The notes under the pieces are model-generated. The model saw only the letters and a list, made by a program, of their open reading frames with translations, did not search any database and was not told the origin of the DNA. A program made the position numbers and the translations under genes. This document shows, one piece after another, positions 48,126 to 61,404 of a DNA stretch of 64,000 nucleotides (position 1 is the stretch's first letter; each line of letters begins with the position of its first letter). Origin of the DNA: Octopus sinensis (Eukaryota); contig NC_043012.1 of the NCBI RefSeq assembly GCF_006345805.1, positions 16,616,001 through 16,680,000 on the forward strand, given 5' to 3'.

Positions 48126-48785
48126 TATATACATAAGAATCAGTTACTAGCAGGTACAGTACAATATTCCTATTAAAGAGTGTATAAGAGTAGAAATAAG
48201 AGTAAAATAGAAGTAGGCAATAGAGTTTGAGAGGAGTACAACTTTGTAGAAATGAAAAGGTATATGAAAGGAAAAATATATATACATAAACACATATATA
48301 TTTTATGCTATCATAACTAGTGGTGGATCGAAGGGTATAGTCATTTTTAGGTGGAATTTGTTGAGGTAGATATATGTGTGTGTAGAGGCGCAATGGCCCA
48401 GTGGTTTGGGCAGCGGACTCGCGGTTTTGATTCCCAGACCGGGCGTTGTGAGTGTTTATTGAGTGAAAACACCTAAAGCTCTACAAGGCTCTGGCAGGGG
48501 GTGGTGGCAATCCCTGCTGTACTCTTTCGCCACAACTTTCTCTCAATTTTTCTTCTGTTGGCCTGCTCGCTTAGCCTGTAGGGTGGCATCATTTGAAGGC
48601 TAAAAAACAATGCGAAGCGCATTGTGACCAGCGATGTGTAGCAACATCTCATAGCCTGGTCAGTCACAGTGATCACGGTGATATATATATATAAAGTTAA
48701 TCCAAACATGAAAGCACAAAAAAACACAACAACGCAAGGACATGGAACAAATATAGTATTATTGGACGCTCAGGAAAGAAGGAGG

Positions 48786-48820
48786 GTTTAACGTTTCAAG
48801 CGGAGCTCTTCGTCGGAAAC
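48786..48820 (-). ncRNA. Minimal type I hammerhead motif, family C
   Basis: GTTT-CCGACGA-A-GAGC-TCC-GCTT-GAAAC-GTT-AAAC: helix I GTTT/AAAC; one core change (U4 to C). Confidence 0.6.
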
Positions 48821-49030
48821 ATAGAAGGAAAGATCCAGAGAAGGGAAAATTCCACCTGACCTGTGCGAACATGGAAAAGTGGATGATAAATGACGATGGT
48901 CTCACTCAACTTATCATCCACCAAAATATGTGACCGTTGTACGAACACGAGAACTCAACATTGTAGTTGTTGTTGTTATTGCTACAATCCTAATTTTTCC
49001 TTTTTTTTTTTTTTTTGGTTCATATTTCAG

Positions 49031-49151
49031 TTGTTCTGATGCTACTGCCATGTTAGCCAATATCTCTAAACATGCTCTCTACATGACTTCCACCATTGTC
49101 TACATTGGTAAACAGATTGAACTTCATCCCTGCATTGTTGAAGAGACAAAT
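49031..49151 (+). CDS. ASZ1: ASZ1 exon 10
   Basis: CSDATAMLANISKHALYMTSTIVYIGKQIELHPCIVEETN; tttcag / gtaagt, phase 2 to 0. Confidence 0.88.
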
Positions 49152-49779
49152 GTAAGTAATTCAGACTTTTAAGGACTTCAGTATCCTCAGATCTCTCTCT
49201 CTCTCTTTTATTTAAGAATTGTCTCATAATGCTATATAATTGCCTGTATCCTCAAAGTTTGTTTATTTGTGCATATATCAAAAAAAAAAAAAAGCTCAAT
49301 GACAGAACCCTCAAGTCATATTTGAGGAATTCTAGTGGGCCTTCTGCAATATCCTCAAAACTTGGCACATAATAGAAGTGGTGTTCTAGTGTCCTAGGTT
49401 CAAATCCACTGGGTGCACCTTGGGCATGTATCTTCTATTACAGTCATGAGTTGACCTGTGCTATGTGATTGACATTTAATACCTGGAAACTGTAAAGAAG
49501 CCCTCTGTATATGTAAGTGTGTCATCATCAACATCGTTTGTTTTAAAGCACACTTTTCCACGTTTTTATGAGTTGGACAGAGTTTATTGAGGCAGATTTT
49601 CCTGAGGCCAGCTGTTCTTCCTGTATCTAAACAAGATAATATTTCCCCATGACTAGATGTGTTCTTGCAGAATATTGGAAATGAATGACACTGCTTGTGT
49701 GACAGTGACACTCACAACTACCCCACCATATCAAAACAAGGAAATGGAACCCCCCCACAGACACACTTATACATATATA

Positions 49780-50396
49780 CACACATACACAAGCACACAC
49801 ACACACACACACACACATATATTATATATATATATATATAGTATATATATATATATATATTTATGTATATATATATATTTATGTATATATATATATATTA
49901 TGTATGTATATATATATATCATCAACATTGTCACTTAATGTCCGTTTTCCATGCTGGCATGGATTGGACAGTTTGACTGAGGACTGGCAAGCCAAAAGGC
50001 TGTACCAGGTTCCAATCTGATCTGGAAAGGTTTCTACCTCTGGATGCTCTTCCCAATGCCAACCACTCCAAGAGTGTAGTGGATGCTTTTTACATGCCGC
50101 CAGCACAGGAGCCAGTCAGGCAGGCCTTGCAACGACCACACTCGAATGGTGCTTTCCACATGGCACCGGCTCAGGAGCCAGTCAGGCAAGCCTGGCATCA
50201 GCCACGCTTGAATGGTACATTTTACATGCCACTGGCACAGGAACCAGTCAGGTGGCACTAGCAACGACAACCCTCAAATGGTGCTTTTTATGTGCCACCG
50301 GTATGGGACCAGTTAGGCGGATATATATACATACACACATGCACACACATATGCACAAACACACTCATACACAAGCACACACACACACACACACAC

Positions 50397-50449
<53 letters not shown>

Positions 50450-50990
50450 ATATATATTTATGTAATATTATATATATTTAGATTATATATATATTTATGT
50501 ATGTATATATATATCATCATCAACATTGTCACTTAATGTCCGTTTTCCATGCTGGCATGGATTGGACAGTTTGATGAGGACTGGCAAGCCAAAAGGCTGT
50601 ACCAGGTTCCAATCTGATCTGGAAAGGTTTCTACCTCTGGATGCTCTTCCCAATGCCAACCACTCCAAGAGTGTAGGATGCTTTTTACATGCCGCCAGCA
50701 CAGGAGCCAGTCAGGCAGGCCTTGCAACGACCACACTCGAATGGTGCTTCCACATGGCACCGGCTCAGGAGCCAGTCAGGCAAGCCTGGCATCAGCCACG
50801 CTGAATGGTACATTTTACATGCCACTGGCACAGGAACCAGTCAGGGGTGACTAGCAACGACAACCCTCAAATGGTGCTTTTTATGTGCCACCGGTATGGG
50901 ACAGTTAGGCGGATATTATATACCATACACCACATGCACACACATATGCACAAACACACTCATACCACAAGAAATACACACACCAAACAC
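49780..50990. repeat. About 598-bp tandem duplication (microsatellites plus RTE tail)
   Basis: atcaacattgtcacttaatgtcc at 49921 and 50519; copies differ largely by 1-2 bp indels. Confidence 0.85.
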
Positions 50991-51611
50991 ACACACACAC
51001 AAACACAAGATTCTCTCAGTTTTCATCTACCAAATCCATTACGCTGCTTTGGTTGACACCCTGAGGCTCTAGTAGAAAACACTTGCCTGAAGTACCATGC
51101 TGTAGGCTTGAACCTGAAACCATCTGCTTGCAAAGTGAACTTACTGACCACATAACTGCACCCGCTTGTCTTCATGCTGATACTGCTTGGGGAGCTAGGA
51201 TGTATGTTGATGCCTCATACAAACAACGTATCCAGCAGCCTGGCAGTTCTAGAGGCAAAACCAGTGGAATGAAGTGCTTGGAAAACGGAGTTGTGGTCAG
51301 TCCACATTAATCCATAAGGGGCATCAGCTGGCTTCCCTGGTTTCTCTGGTGTATATATTCCCCTCGCTGGATGGGATGCTGGCCCATCATAGTATTACCT
51401 CATTTTTACCAGCTGAGTGGACTGGAGCAACATAAGGGGATTGTGTTTTGCTCAAGAGCATAATACGTTGCTCAGTCCAGGAATTGAAACCACATTCTTA
51501 CGATCATGAGTCCAACAGCCTAACCACTAAGCCATGTGCTTCCATGCTTGAAAAATAAGTATTATTATCAAGAAGGGTATCCTGTCATAGAAAGCCACTA
51601 CACCATATGAA

Positions 51612-51870
51612 AACCACTACGCCATATGTCCATGGGCATATGGCATAGTGGTTAAGAGTGTGGGCTACTAACCCAAAGATTCCGAGTTCGATTCCAGGCA
51701 GTGACTTGAATAATGATGATGATAATAATAATAATAATATCAAATAATACCTTAGGAATGAGAACTTGGGTTCAAAATTTCCTCAAGACACCTGAAGGGT
51801 ATATCAGCCGAGACGTGTTTACGAGAAACAAGACGAGGAAAGATATTTGTCAAATGTAAATAGTGTAAAT
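51612..51870 (+). mobile_element. Penelope terminal repeat with intact tRNA-like head, hammerhead deleted
   Basis: A box TGGCATAGTGG 51641..51651, loop CTACTAA, B box GTTCGATTCC 51686..51695; same palindromic ccatgg junction as 44002. Confidence 0.8.
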
Positions 51871-52106
51871 AATGCACTTTAAAATGCCTCAACCAACCTA
51901 TGCCAACAAAAGCAGACGTAAGAGTGACAGCTGTGGTGATTCTCCTTTTCCCCCTTGAACTTACCCCTGTCTTTCAGTCTATGATTGTACCTTATATTAG
52001 AAGAAGAAAAATAAAAGAAAAAATTAATTTTTTTTACACAGATTTCCCTTGAAAGGCTGATTTAAAAAATTTATTTACTGTTTGTTTGTTTTTTGTTTCT
52101 TTCTAG

Positions 52107-52211
52107 GACACGAGATTGTTAGAGAAATTTTTACATTACTCATCACATTCCATGAAGAATGTTAACACACTTCTAATTCAGCTTGAGAAATTTAACAAAG
52201 AAATTAAAACG
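52107..52211 (+). CDS. ASZ1: ASZ1 exon 11 (helical/zipper region)
   Basis: DTRLLEKFLHYSSHSMKNVNTLLIQLEKFNKEIKT; ttctag / gtgagt, phase 0. Confidence 0.85.
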
Positions 52212-53394
52212 GTGAGTAGAGCCGAATCCTTCGTGTGTGTAATATTGGATGTATGGATCAAGTTTATTTAATTGATTGTGCTGAGCTTATAATCAAAGGC
52301 TTTCGAGCTGTGATCATTTCACTTTTATTTTTGCCCATCTCAAGCAGTGTCTTGGATCAGCATCAGTCAATGTATCCTTTTTGGGTTTTTTTAAAGATTG
52401 TAAGATGTGATTTGAGAACCACTTGGTTCAAGTATAGGGAGATGTAAGTGGGGCAAGCAGGTTCTTGTTATATTTTGGAAGACAGGATGAAAATGCTCAG
52501 TAGATGCTGGAAAGAGATAAATAAAAATAGTGGCTTATATTTTTATATATAAACATTATTGACCACGTGTACTTAATATGTGCTATGCTTGTTTGTCAGG
52601 AGGCTGCGGTTTAGTGCGGTAGGGATGACTCTCTTGAAACACTAAGTGTTAAAACACCTGAAAGTCTTGAACTGGTGAAACAACTGACCCCTAATCCCAT
52701 TCAGTAGTGATGGACATTTATGTTTTGCCAATTTTGCGGCTTGTCAGCGTCACATATGTGAGCTGAATCAGAGACAAATTGAATCGCTAGCCTATGACCT
52801 TATACAAAGTATAAAAACCATTTGCTGGTGTGCCACGACAATTCATATGTGAACCAGAAGCACTACTGGTGTTGTAAGCATTATCATCAGACATATGTAC
52901 TCAATACATGTGTTTTTGCTTGTTTGTCGACAGGCTGCAGTTTAAGTCAGTAGGTATTTTTATACTCTCTCTTTTTACTCTTTTACTTGTTTTAGTCATT
53001 TAACTGTGGCCATGCTGGAGCACCGCCTTTAGTCGAGCAAATCGACCCCAGGACTTACTCTTTGTAAGCCTAGTACTTATTCTATCGGTCTCTTTTGCTG
53101 AACTGCTAAGTTACGGGGACCTAAACTCACCAGCATCAGTTGTCAAGTGATGTTGTGGGGGACAAACACAGACACAAAAACATATACACATGCATACATA
53201 TATGCGACAGGCTTCTTTCAGTTTCTGTCTACCAAATCTACTCACAAGGCTTTGGTCAGCCCTAGGCTATAGTAGAAGACACTTGCCCAAGGTGCCATTC
53301 AGTGGGACTGAACCCGGGGCCATGTGGTCCATAAGCTACTTACCACACAGCCACTCCTACGCCTATATATAATTTTTTTCTTCTTTTTTTTCAG

Positions 53395-53631
53395 CTGTTA
53401 GCAGATAAGAATCTACAACCAGTTGAAATAATCTCTGCAAAGGATAATAATCTACTCCAAGAAAGAACTTCAGGAATGTTCTCGTTTCCAAATAGGTTTG
53501 GATGGAAAAGTCTATGCTTGGCATCAGTGGCTCTCATAGCAGCTGTCTCATTTTGGAGAAGAGAGATTTCCAGAACTTTTGCGCTCCTGCCTGTCATAGA
53601 GATTCGCCAATTAACAAAACCCTTATTATGA
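53395..53631 (+). CDS. ASZ1: ASZ1 exon 12 (last; transmembrane anchor)
   Basis: LLADKNLQPV...NRFGWKSLCLASVALIAAVSFWRREISRTFALLPVIEIRQLTKPLL*; TGA at 53629..53631; AATAAA at 53726. Total CDS 1626 bp = 541 aa. Confidence 0.85.
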   Translation: MLADKNLQPVEIISAKDNNLLQERTSGMFSFPNRFGWKSLCLASVALIAAVSFWRREISRTFALLPVIEIRQLTKPLL

Positions 53632-55224
53632 GTCTAATTAGGTCTGTGTATATATTTCATTGGGGAGGGGACCAAGGTGGCCCAGAAACTACAACTGTGA
53701 TTTTTAAAAACAAGGAAACCATACAAATAAATCATTTTAAAGTCTTTTTGTTTTTGTTGTTACTGTTGTTGTTTGTTTTGTGTTTTAGCTCCAGGCTAGA
53801 GTCCTGGTTGTGCAGACCTTTGCTCAAAGATATTTCAGTCAAAACTATCCCATCTTTTCTTTTTTCCTTGCAAAATATATCTCAAACTGCATTTTCCAAT
53901 GTTCAAAGTATGTAATGAAAGTAATTCAAAACTTATGCCTACTTTTACATTATTTTCACTACAAACTTCATATTCTTTCTTATTTTAAGAAGACAGGGTG
54001 TAATTCCAGTGGGATGTGACTGCTATTTTTGGAAGATCAAATGACCACATTGAGGCATTCGTTGCCATCATTGTCTCTTCTTTCTTCTAGCTGCTGTTGT
54101 GGTCTTATGTCAGTATGGATGTGTGGAATTATTATCTAAATATGTTTAACCCTTTGAAGATAAAGCATTTCTGACTATACTAGATGTTTTATAAACATTA
54201 TAAGCTCTAACATGGGACAGATTATAGCAACAGACACTCAGGCTGGACTAAAACCGCATACCACTTGCCATGGGGCCACGTTACCAATTACACTACAGAG
54301 CACCTACCATATCATCTTCTCAAAATAGATTCTGTAAATGATAATTCATTAGTTGTTCATTAATCACTAAGAGCTGATGATGATAGATACAATGCTTCAG
54401 TTCATTTTAGGAAGCTTATTGCTGTTTTATCATTATCATCAACATTGTTTAACGTCCGTTTTCCATGCTGGCATGGATCAGACGGTTTGACTGAGGACTG
54501 GTGAACCAGAGGTTGCACCAAGCTCCAATCTGATCTGGCAAGATTTCTACAGCTGGATGCCCTTTCTAATGCCAACCATTCAGAAAGTGTAGTTGGTACT
54601 TTTTACATGTCACCAGCATGGGAAACAGTTAGGCAGCACTGGCTTCAACAACATTTGGACGGTGCTTTTTATATGTCACCAGCACAGGGAGCCAGTCAGG
54701 CAACACTGGCATCAACCCATGCTTGAATGGTGCTTATTACGTGCCACCAGTATCAAAAAAAATTTTAGCATTTCTTAATTTGAAATATATATATATTTCT
54801 TTACTACCCACAAGGGCTAAACACAGAGGGGACAAACAAGGACAGACAAACAGATTAAGTCGATTACATCGACCCCAGTGCGTAACTGGTACTTTATCGA
54901 CCCCGAAAGGATGAAAGGCAAAGTCGACCTCGACGGAATTTGAACTCAAAACGTAACAGCAGACGAATTTCGCCCGACGTACTAACGTTTCTGCCAGCTT
55001 GCCGCCTTAATTTGAAATATATAGATGTTTCTTCACTACTGAAGACAGAATGATTTTGGGGTCAATTGAAAAAGTTTAAAGGTTGTTTTTATTAAAAATA
55101 TAATTCTAATTCAAATCCCAATAGATAAAGAAAAGTATCATCTTTGTCATTTTGATGCCTACCTTCCCACTCTTTCTGTTATAAGACAAATAATGATATT
55201 GTGCTCAGATAATAAATTTATTAA

Positions 55225-55434
55225 CCCTTTCATTACTGTATTTATTTTAAGATTCTCTGTGCTTCTCTCAATTACTTTAAATATAACAAAGAATTTAGTA
55301 AAATAACTTAGTTATCATTAAGCTAGTGTTACAAACGTAAATTGTGACTAAGGTTTGGTGGAAGATTTTAATTCAAAACTTATGAAAACAAGACATTTGT
55401 ACTCAGAGCCAGAGCCGGGTTGCTAACGAAAGGG
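55225..55434. mobile_element. piggyBac-like MITE, second family
   Basis: TTAA-CCCTTTCATTAC ... GCTAACGAAAGGG; right TTAA lost. Confidence 0.55.
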
Positions 55435-58400
55435 AAGAAAATATTGTAACAATTCCAAGCTAAAGTAGAAAATGGCTAACTGTAACTTCAATTGTCTATG
55501 CAAAATGAACGATCAGCGTGCCATGGTAAAATGAGTAAATCCACAACGGGTCAATGTATATCTAACGTCACCTGATAGAGTCCATAAGGTGTCTTGTTGG
55601 ATGAACTGATGTAAGCTTAAATGATACAGAAAATGAAAGTAAGAAACATCACATGATAGAATCCTGTCCATTGATTGGATGACAATAAATCTCTCAGATC
55701 AAACTTTTCTATTCTAATGGACCAATCTCAGATCACCAAAATAGTTGCTTGACTTGCTGGAAATAGCAGTCAAATCTCCCTCAGATCACACTCATCAATT
55801 GAAATGGACCAATGACAGATCATCTAAATAGTTATTGACTTGCTAGAAATAGCAGTCAAAACGCCATCAGATCTCACTTCTCTATTCTAATGCACCAATG
55901 TCACGTACTCTAAATCATTGCTTGACTTGCTAGAAATAGCAGTCAAATCGACCTCAGATCACACTTCTCTATTTTAATGGACCAATGTCAGATCCTCTAA
56001 ATAGGTGCTTGACTTGCTAGAAATAGCAGTCAAATCTCCTTTAAATCTCTCCATACTATTCTAATGGACCAATATCAGATCACAAAAATAATTGCTTGAC
56101 TTGCAAGAAATAGCAGTCAGTTCTCTCTCAGATCACACTTTTCTATTCTAATGTAACAATGTCAGATCCTCTAAATAGTTACTTGACCTGCTAGAAATAG
56201 CAGTCACTTCCCTCTCATTCTATTCTAATGGATCAATATCAGATCCTCTAAATGGTTGCTTGACTTCCTAGGAATTGGAGTCAAATCTCCTTCAAATCTC
56301 TCTCTACTTTCTAATGGACCAATATCAGATCCCTTAAATTGTTGCTTGACTTGCTAGAAATAGCAGTCAAATCTCCCTCAGATCAAACTTTTCAATTGTA
56401 ATGGACCAATGACAGATACACTAAATAGTTGCTTGACTTGCTAGAAATAGCAGTCAACTCTCCCTCAGATCAAACTTTTCAATTGTAATGGACCAATAAC
56501 AGATACACTAAATAGTTGCTTGACTTGCTAGAAATAGCAGTCAACTCTCCCTCAGATCAACTTTTCAATTGTAATGGACCAATGACAGATCATCTAAATA
56601 GTTGCTTGACTTGCTAGAAAAAGCATTCAAATCTCCCTCAGATCACACTTTTCAATTGTAATGGACCAATGACAGATCATCCAAATAGTTGCTTGACTTG
56701 CTAGAAAACGCATTCAAATCTCCCTCAGATCACACTTTTCAATTGTAATGGACCAATGACAGATCATCTAAATAGTTGCTTGACTTGCTAGAAATAGCTG
56801 TCAAATCTCCCTCAGATCACACTTTTCAATTGTAATGGACTAATGACAGATCCTCTAAATAGTTGCTTGACTTGCTGGAAAAAGCATTCAAATCTCCCTC
56901 AGATCAAACTTTTCATTTGTAATGGACCAATGACAGATCATCTAACTAGTTTCTTGACTTGCTAGAAATAGCAATCAAATCTCCCTCAGATCACACTTTT
57001 CAATTGTAATGGACCAATGACAGATCATCTAAATAGTGTCTTGACTTGCTAGAAATAGCTGTCAATTCTCTCTCAGATCAAACTTTTCAATTGTAATGGA
57101 CCAATGACAGATCATCTAAATAGTTGCTTGACTTGCTCGAAAAAGCATTCAAATCTCCCTCGGATCACACTTTTCAATTGTAATGGACCTATGACAGATC
57201 ATCTAAATAGTTGCTTGACTTGCTAGAAAAAGCATTCAAATCTCCCTCAGATCAAACTTTTCAATTGTAATGGACCAATGACAGATCATCTAAATAGTTG
57301 CTTGACTTGCTAGAAAAAGCATTCAAATCTCCCTCAGATCACACTTTTCAATTGTAATGGACCAATACAGATCATCTAAATAGTTGCTTGACTTGCTAGA
57401 AAAAGCATTCAAATCTCCCTCAGATCACACTTTTCAATTGTAATGGACCAATGACAGATCATCTAAATAGTTGCTTGACTTGCTAGAAAAAGCATTCAAA
57501 TCTCCCTCGGATCACACTTTTCAATTGTAATGGACCAATGACAGATCATCTAAATAGTTGCTTGACTTGCTAGAAAAAGCATTCAAATCTCCCTCGGATC
57601 ACACTTTTCAATTGTAATGGACCAATTACAGATCATCTAAATAGTTGCTTGACTTGCTAGAAAAAGCAGTCAAATCTCTCTCAGATCAAACTTTTCATTT
57701 GTAATGGACCAATGACAGATCATCTAACTAGTTGCTTGACTTGCTAGAAATAGCAATCAAATCTCCCTCAGATCACACTTTTCAATTGTAATGGACCAAT
57801 GACAGATCATCTAAATAGTTGCTTGACTTGCTAGAAATAGCTGTCAAATCTCTCTCAGATCAAACTTTTCACTTGTAATGGACCAATGACAGATCATCTA
57901 AATAGTTGCTTGACTTGCTAGAAAAAGCATTCAAATCTCCCTCAGATCAAACTTTTCAATTATAATGGACCTATGACAGATCATCTAAATAGTTGCTTGA
58001 CTTGCTAGAAAAAGCATTCAAATCTCTCTCAGATCAAACTTTTCAATTGTAATGGACCAATGACAGATCATCTAACTAGTTTCTTGACTTGCTAGAAATA
58101 GCAATCAAATCTCCCTCAGATCACACTTTTCAATTGTAATGGACCAATGACAGATCATCTAAATAGTTGCTTGACTTGCTAGAAATAGCTGTCAATTCTC
58201 TCTCAGATCAAACTTTTCAATTGTAATGGACCAATTACAGATCATCTAAATAGTTGCTTGACTTGCTACAAAAAGCATTCAAATCTCCCTCGGATCACAC
58301 TTTTCAATTGTAATGGACCTATGACAGATCATCTAAATAGTTGCTTGACTTGCTAGAAAAAGCAGTCAAATCTCCCTCAGATCAAACTTTTCAATTGTAA

Positions 58401-61197
58401 TGGACCAATGACAGATCATCTAAATAGTTGCTTGACTTGCTAGAAAAAGCATTCAAATCTCCCTCAGATCACACTTTTCAATTGTAATGGACCAATTACA
58501 GATCATCTAAATAATTGCTTGACTTGCTAGAAAAAGCATTCAAATCTCCCTCAGATCACACTTTTCAATTGTAATGGACCAATGACAGATCATCTAAATA
58601 GTTGCTTGACTTGCTAGAAAAAGCATTCAAATCTCCCTCAGATCACACTTTTCAATTGTAATGGACCAATTACAGATCATCTAAATAATTGCTTGACTTG
58701 CTAGAAAAAGCATTCAAATCTCCCTCAGATCACACTTTTCAATTGTAATGGACCAATGACAGATCATCTAAATAGTTGCTTGACTTGCTAGAAAAAGCAT
58801 TCAAATCTCCCTCAGATCAAACTTTTCAATGGTAATTGACCAATGAGAGATCATCTAAATAGTTGCTTGACTTGCTAGAAATAGCAGTCAAATCTTTCTC
58901 AGGTCACACTTTTCAATTGTAATGGACCAATGACAGATCATCTAAATAGTTGCTTGACTTGCTAGAAAAAGCATTCAAATCTCCCTCAGATCAAACTTTT
59001 CAATGGTTATTGACCAATGAGAGATCATCTAAATAGTTGCTTGACTTGCTAGAAATAGCAGTCAAATCTTTCTCAGGTCACACTTTTCAATTGTAATGGA
59101 CCAATGACAGATCATCTAAATAGTTGCTTGACTTGCTAGAAATAGCAGTCAAATCTCTCTCAGATCAAACTTTTCATTTGTAATGGACCAATGACAGATC
59201 ATCTAACTAGTTTCTTGACTTGCTAGAAATAGCAATCAAATCTCCCTCAGATCACACTTTTCAATTGTAATGGACCAATGACAGATCATCTAAATAGTGT
59301 CTTGACTTGCTAGAAATAGCTGTCAATTCTCTCTCAGATCAAACTTTTCAATTGTAATGGACCAATGACAGATCATCTAAATAGTTGCTTGACTTGCTAG
59401 AAAAAGCATTCAAATCTCCCTCAGATCAACTTTTCAATTGTAATGGACCTATGACAGATCATCTAAATAGTTGCTTGACTTGCTAGAAAAAGCATTCAAA
59501 TCTCCCTCAGATCAAACTTTTCAATGGTTATTGACCAATGAGAGATCATCTAAATAGTTGCTTGACTTGCTAGAAAAAGCAGTCAAATCTTTCTCAGGTC
59601 ACACTTTTCAATTGTAATGGACCAATGACAGATCATCTAAATAGTTGCTTGACTTGCTAGAAATAGCAGTCAAATCTCTCTCAGATCAAACTTTTCATTT
59701 GTAATGGACCAATGACAGATCATCTAACTAGTTTCTTGACTTGCTAGAAATAGCAATCAAATCTCCCTCAGATCACACTTTTCAATTGTAATGGACCAAT
59801 GACAGATCATCTAAATAGTGTCTTGACTTGCTAGAAATAGCTGTCAATTCTCTCTCAGATCAAACTTTTCAATTGTAATGGACCAATGACAGATCATCTA
59901 AATAGTTGCTTGACTTGCTAGAAAAAGCATTCAAATCTCCCTCAGATCAAACTTTTCAATTGTAATGGACCTATGACAGATCATCTAAATAGTTGCTTGA
60001 CTTGCTAGAAAAAGCATTCAAATCTCCCTCAGATCAAACTTTTCAATTGTAATGGACCAATGACAGATCATCTAAATAGTTGCTTGACTTGCTAGAAAAA
60101 GCATTCAAATCTCCCTCAGATCACACTTTTCAATTGTAATGGACCATGACAGATCATCTAAATAGTTGCTTGACTTGCTAGAAAAAGCATTCAAATCTCC
60201 TCAGATCACACTTTTCAATTGTAATGGACCAATGACAGATCATCTAAATAGTTGCTTGACTTGCTAGAAAAAGCATTCAAATCTCCCTCGGATCACACTT
60301 TTCAATTGTAATGGACCAATTACAGATCATCTAAATAGTTGCTTGACTTGCTAGAAAAAGCATTCAAATCTCCCTCAGATCACACTTTTCAATTGTAATG
60401 GACCAATGACAGATCATCTAAATAGTTGCTTGACTTGCTAGAAAAAGCATTCAAATCTCCCTCAGATCAAACTTTTCAATGGTAATTGACCAATGAGAGA
60501 TCATCTAAATAGTTGCTTGACTTGCTAGAAATAGCAGTCAAATCTTTCTCAGGTCACACTTTTCAATTGTAATGGACCAATGACAGATCATCTAAATAGT
60601 TGCTTGACTTGCTAGAAATAGCAGTCAAATCTCCCTCAGATCAATTGTAATGGACCAATGACAAATCATCTAAATAGTTGCTTGACATGCTAGAAATGGA
60701 AGTCAACTCTCTTTCAGATCACACTTTTCAATTGTAATGGACCAATGACAGATCATCTAAATAGTTGCTTGACATGCTAGAAATAGAAGTCAACTCTCTT
60801 TCAGATCACACTTTTCAATTGTAATGGACCAATGACAGAACATTTAAATAGTTGCCTGAGTGGCTAGAAATAGCAGTCAAATTTCCCTCAGATCAAACTT
60901 TTCAATGGTACTGGACCAATGACAGATCATCTAAATAGTTGCTTGACATGCTAGAAATAGCAGTCAAATCTTTCTCAGATCACACTTTTCAATTGTATTG
61001 GACCAACAACTGATCATCTAAATTGTTGCTTTACTTGCTAGAGATAGCAGTCAAATCTCCCTCTTATCACACTTTTCTATTATAAAGAAACATAGGCAGA
61101 TCCTCTAATTATTTGCTTGACTTGCTAGAAATAGTAGTCAAATCGCCCGAAGATTAGACATTTCAATTCTAATGGACCAATATTAGATCATCTAAAT

Positions 61198-61404
61198 CAG
61201 GGGTGGGCGAACTTTTTTGATCGCGGGCCACACAGTGCGTCTTTGGAACCTTGGCGGGCCTCATTTATAAAAATCAAGTGAAAATATTATTAAAGGCGGT
61301 TATAGACCTATAAACACACAATTGATTGAAAGGAAATTTTGTGAAATATTCCTCTTGGCGGGCCGCATGAAAACCTATGGCGGGCCGTAGTTTGCCCACC
61401 CCTG
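61198..61404. mobile_element. hAT/Charlie-type MITE inserted in the satellite
   Basis: TIR CAGGGGTGGGC(G/A)AACT, perfect 8-bp TSD ATCTAAAT (61190..61197, 61405..61412), four internal GCGGGCC motifs. Confidence 0.92.

Noticed and set aside
53502-53915. 137-aa ORF as the ASZ1 last exon
   Set aside because: Wrong frame; the phase-0 acceptor at 53394 opens a different frame with the membrane anchor, ending at 53631.
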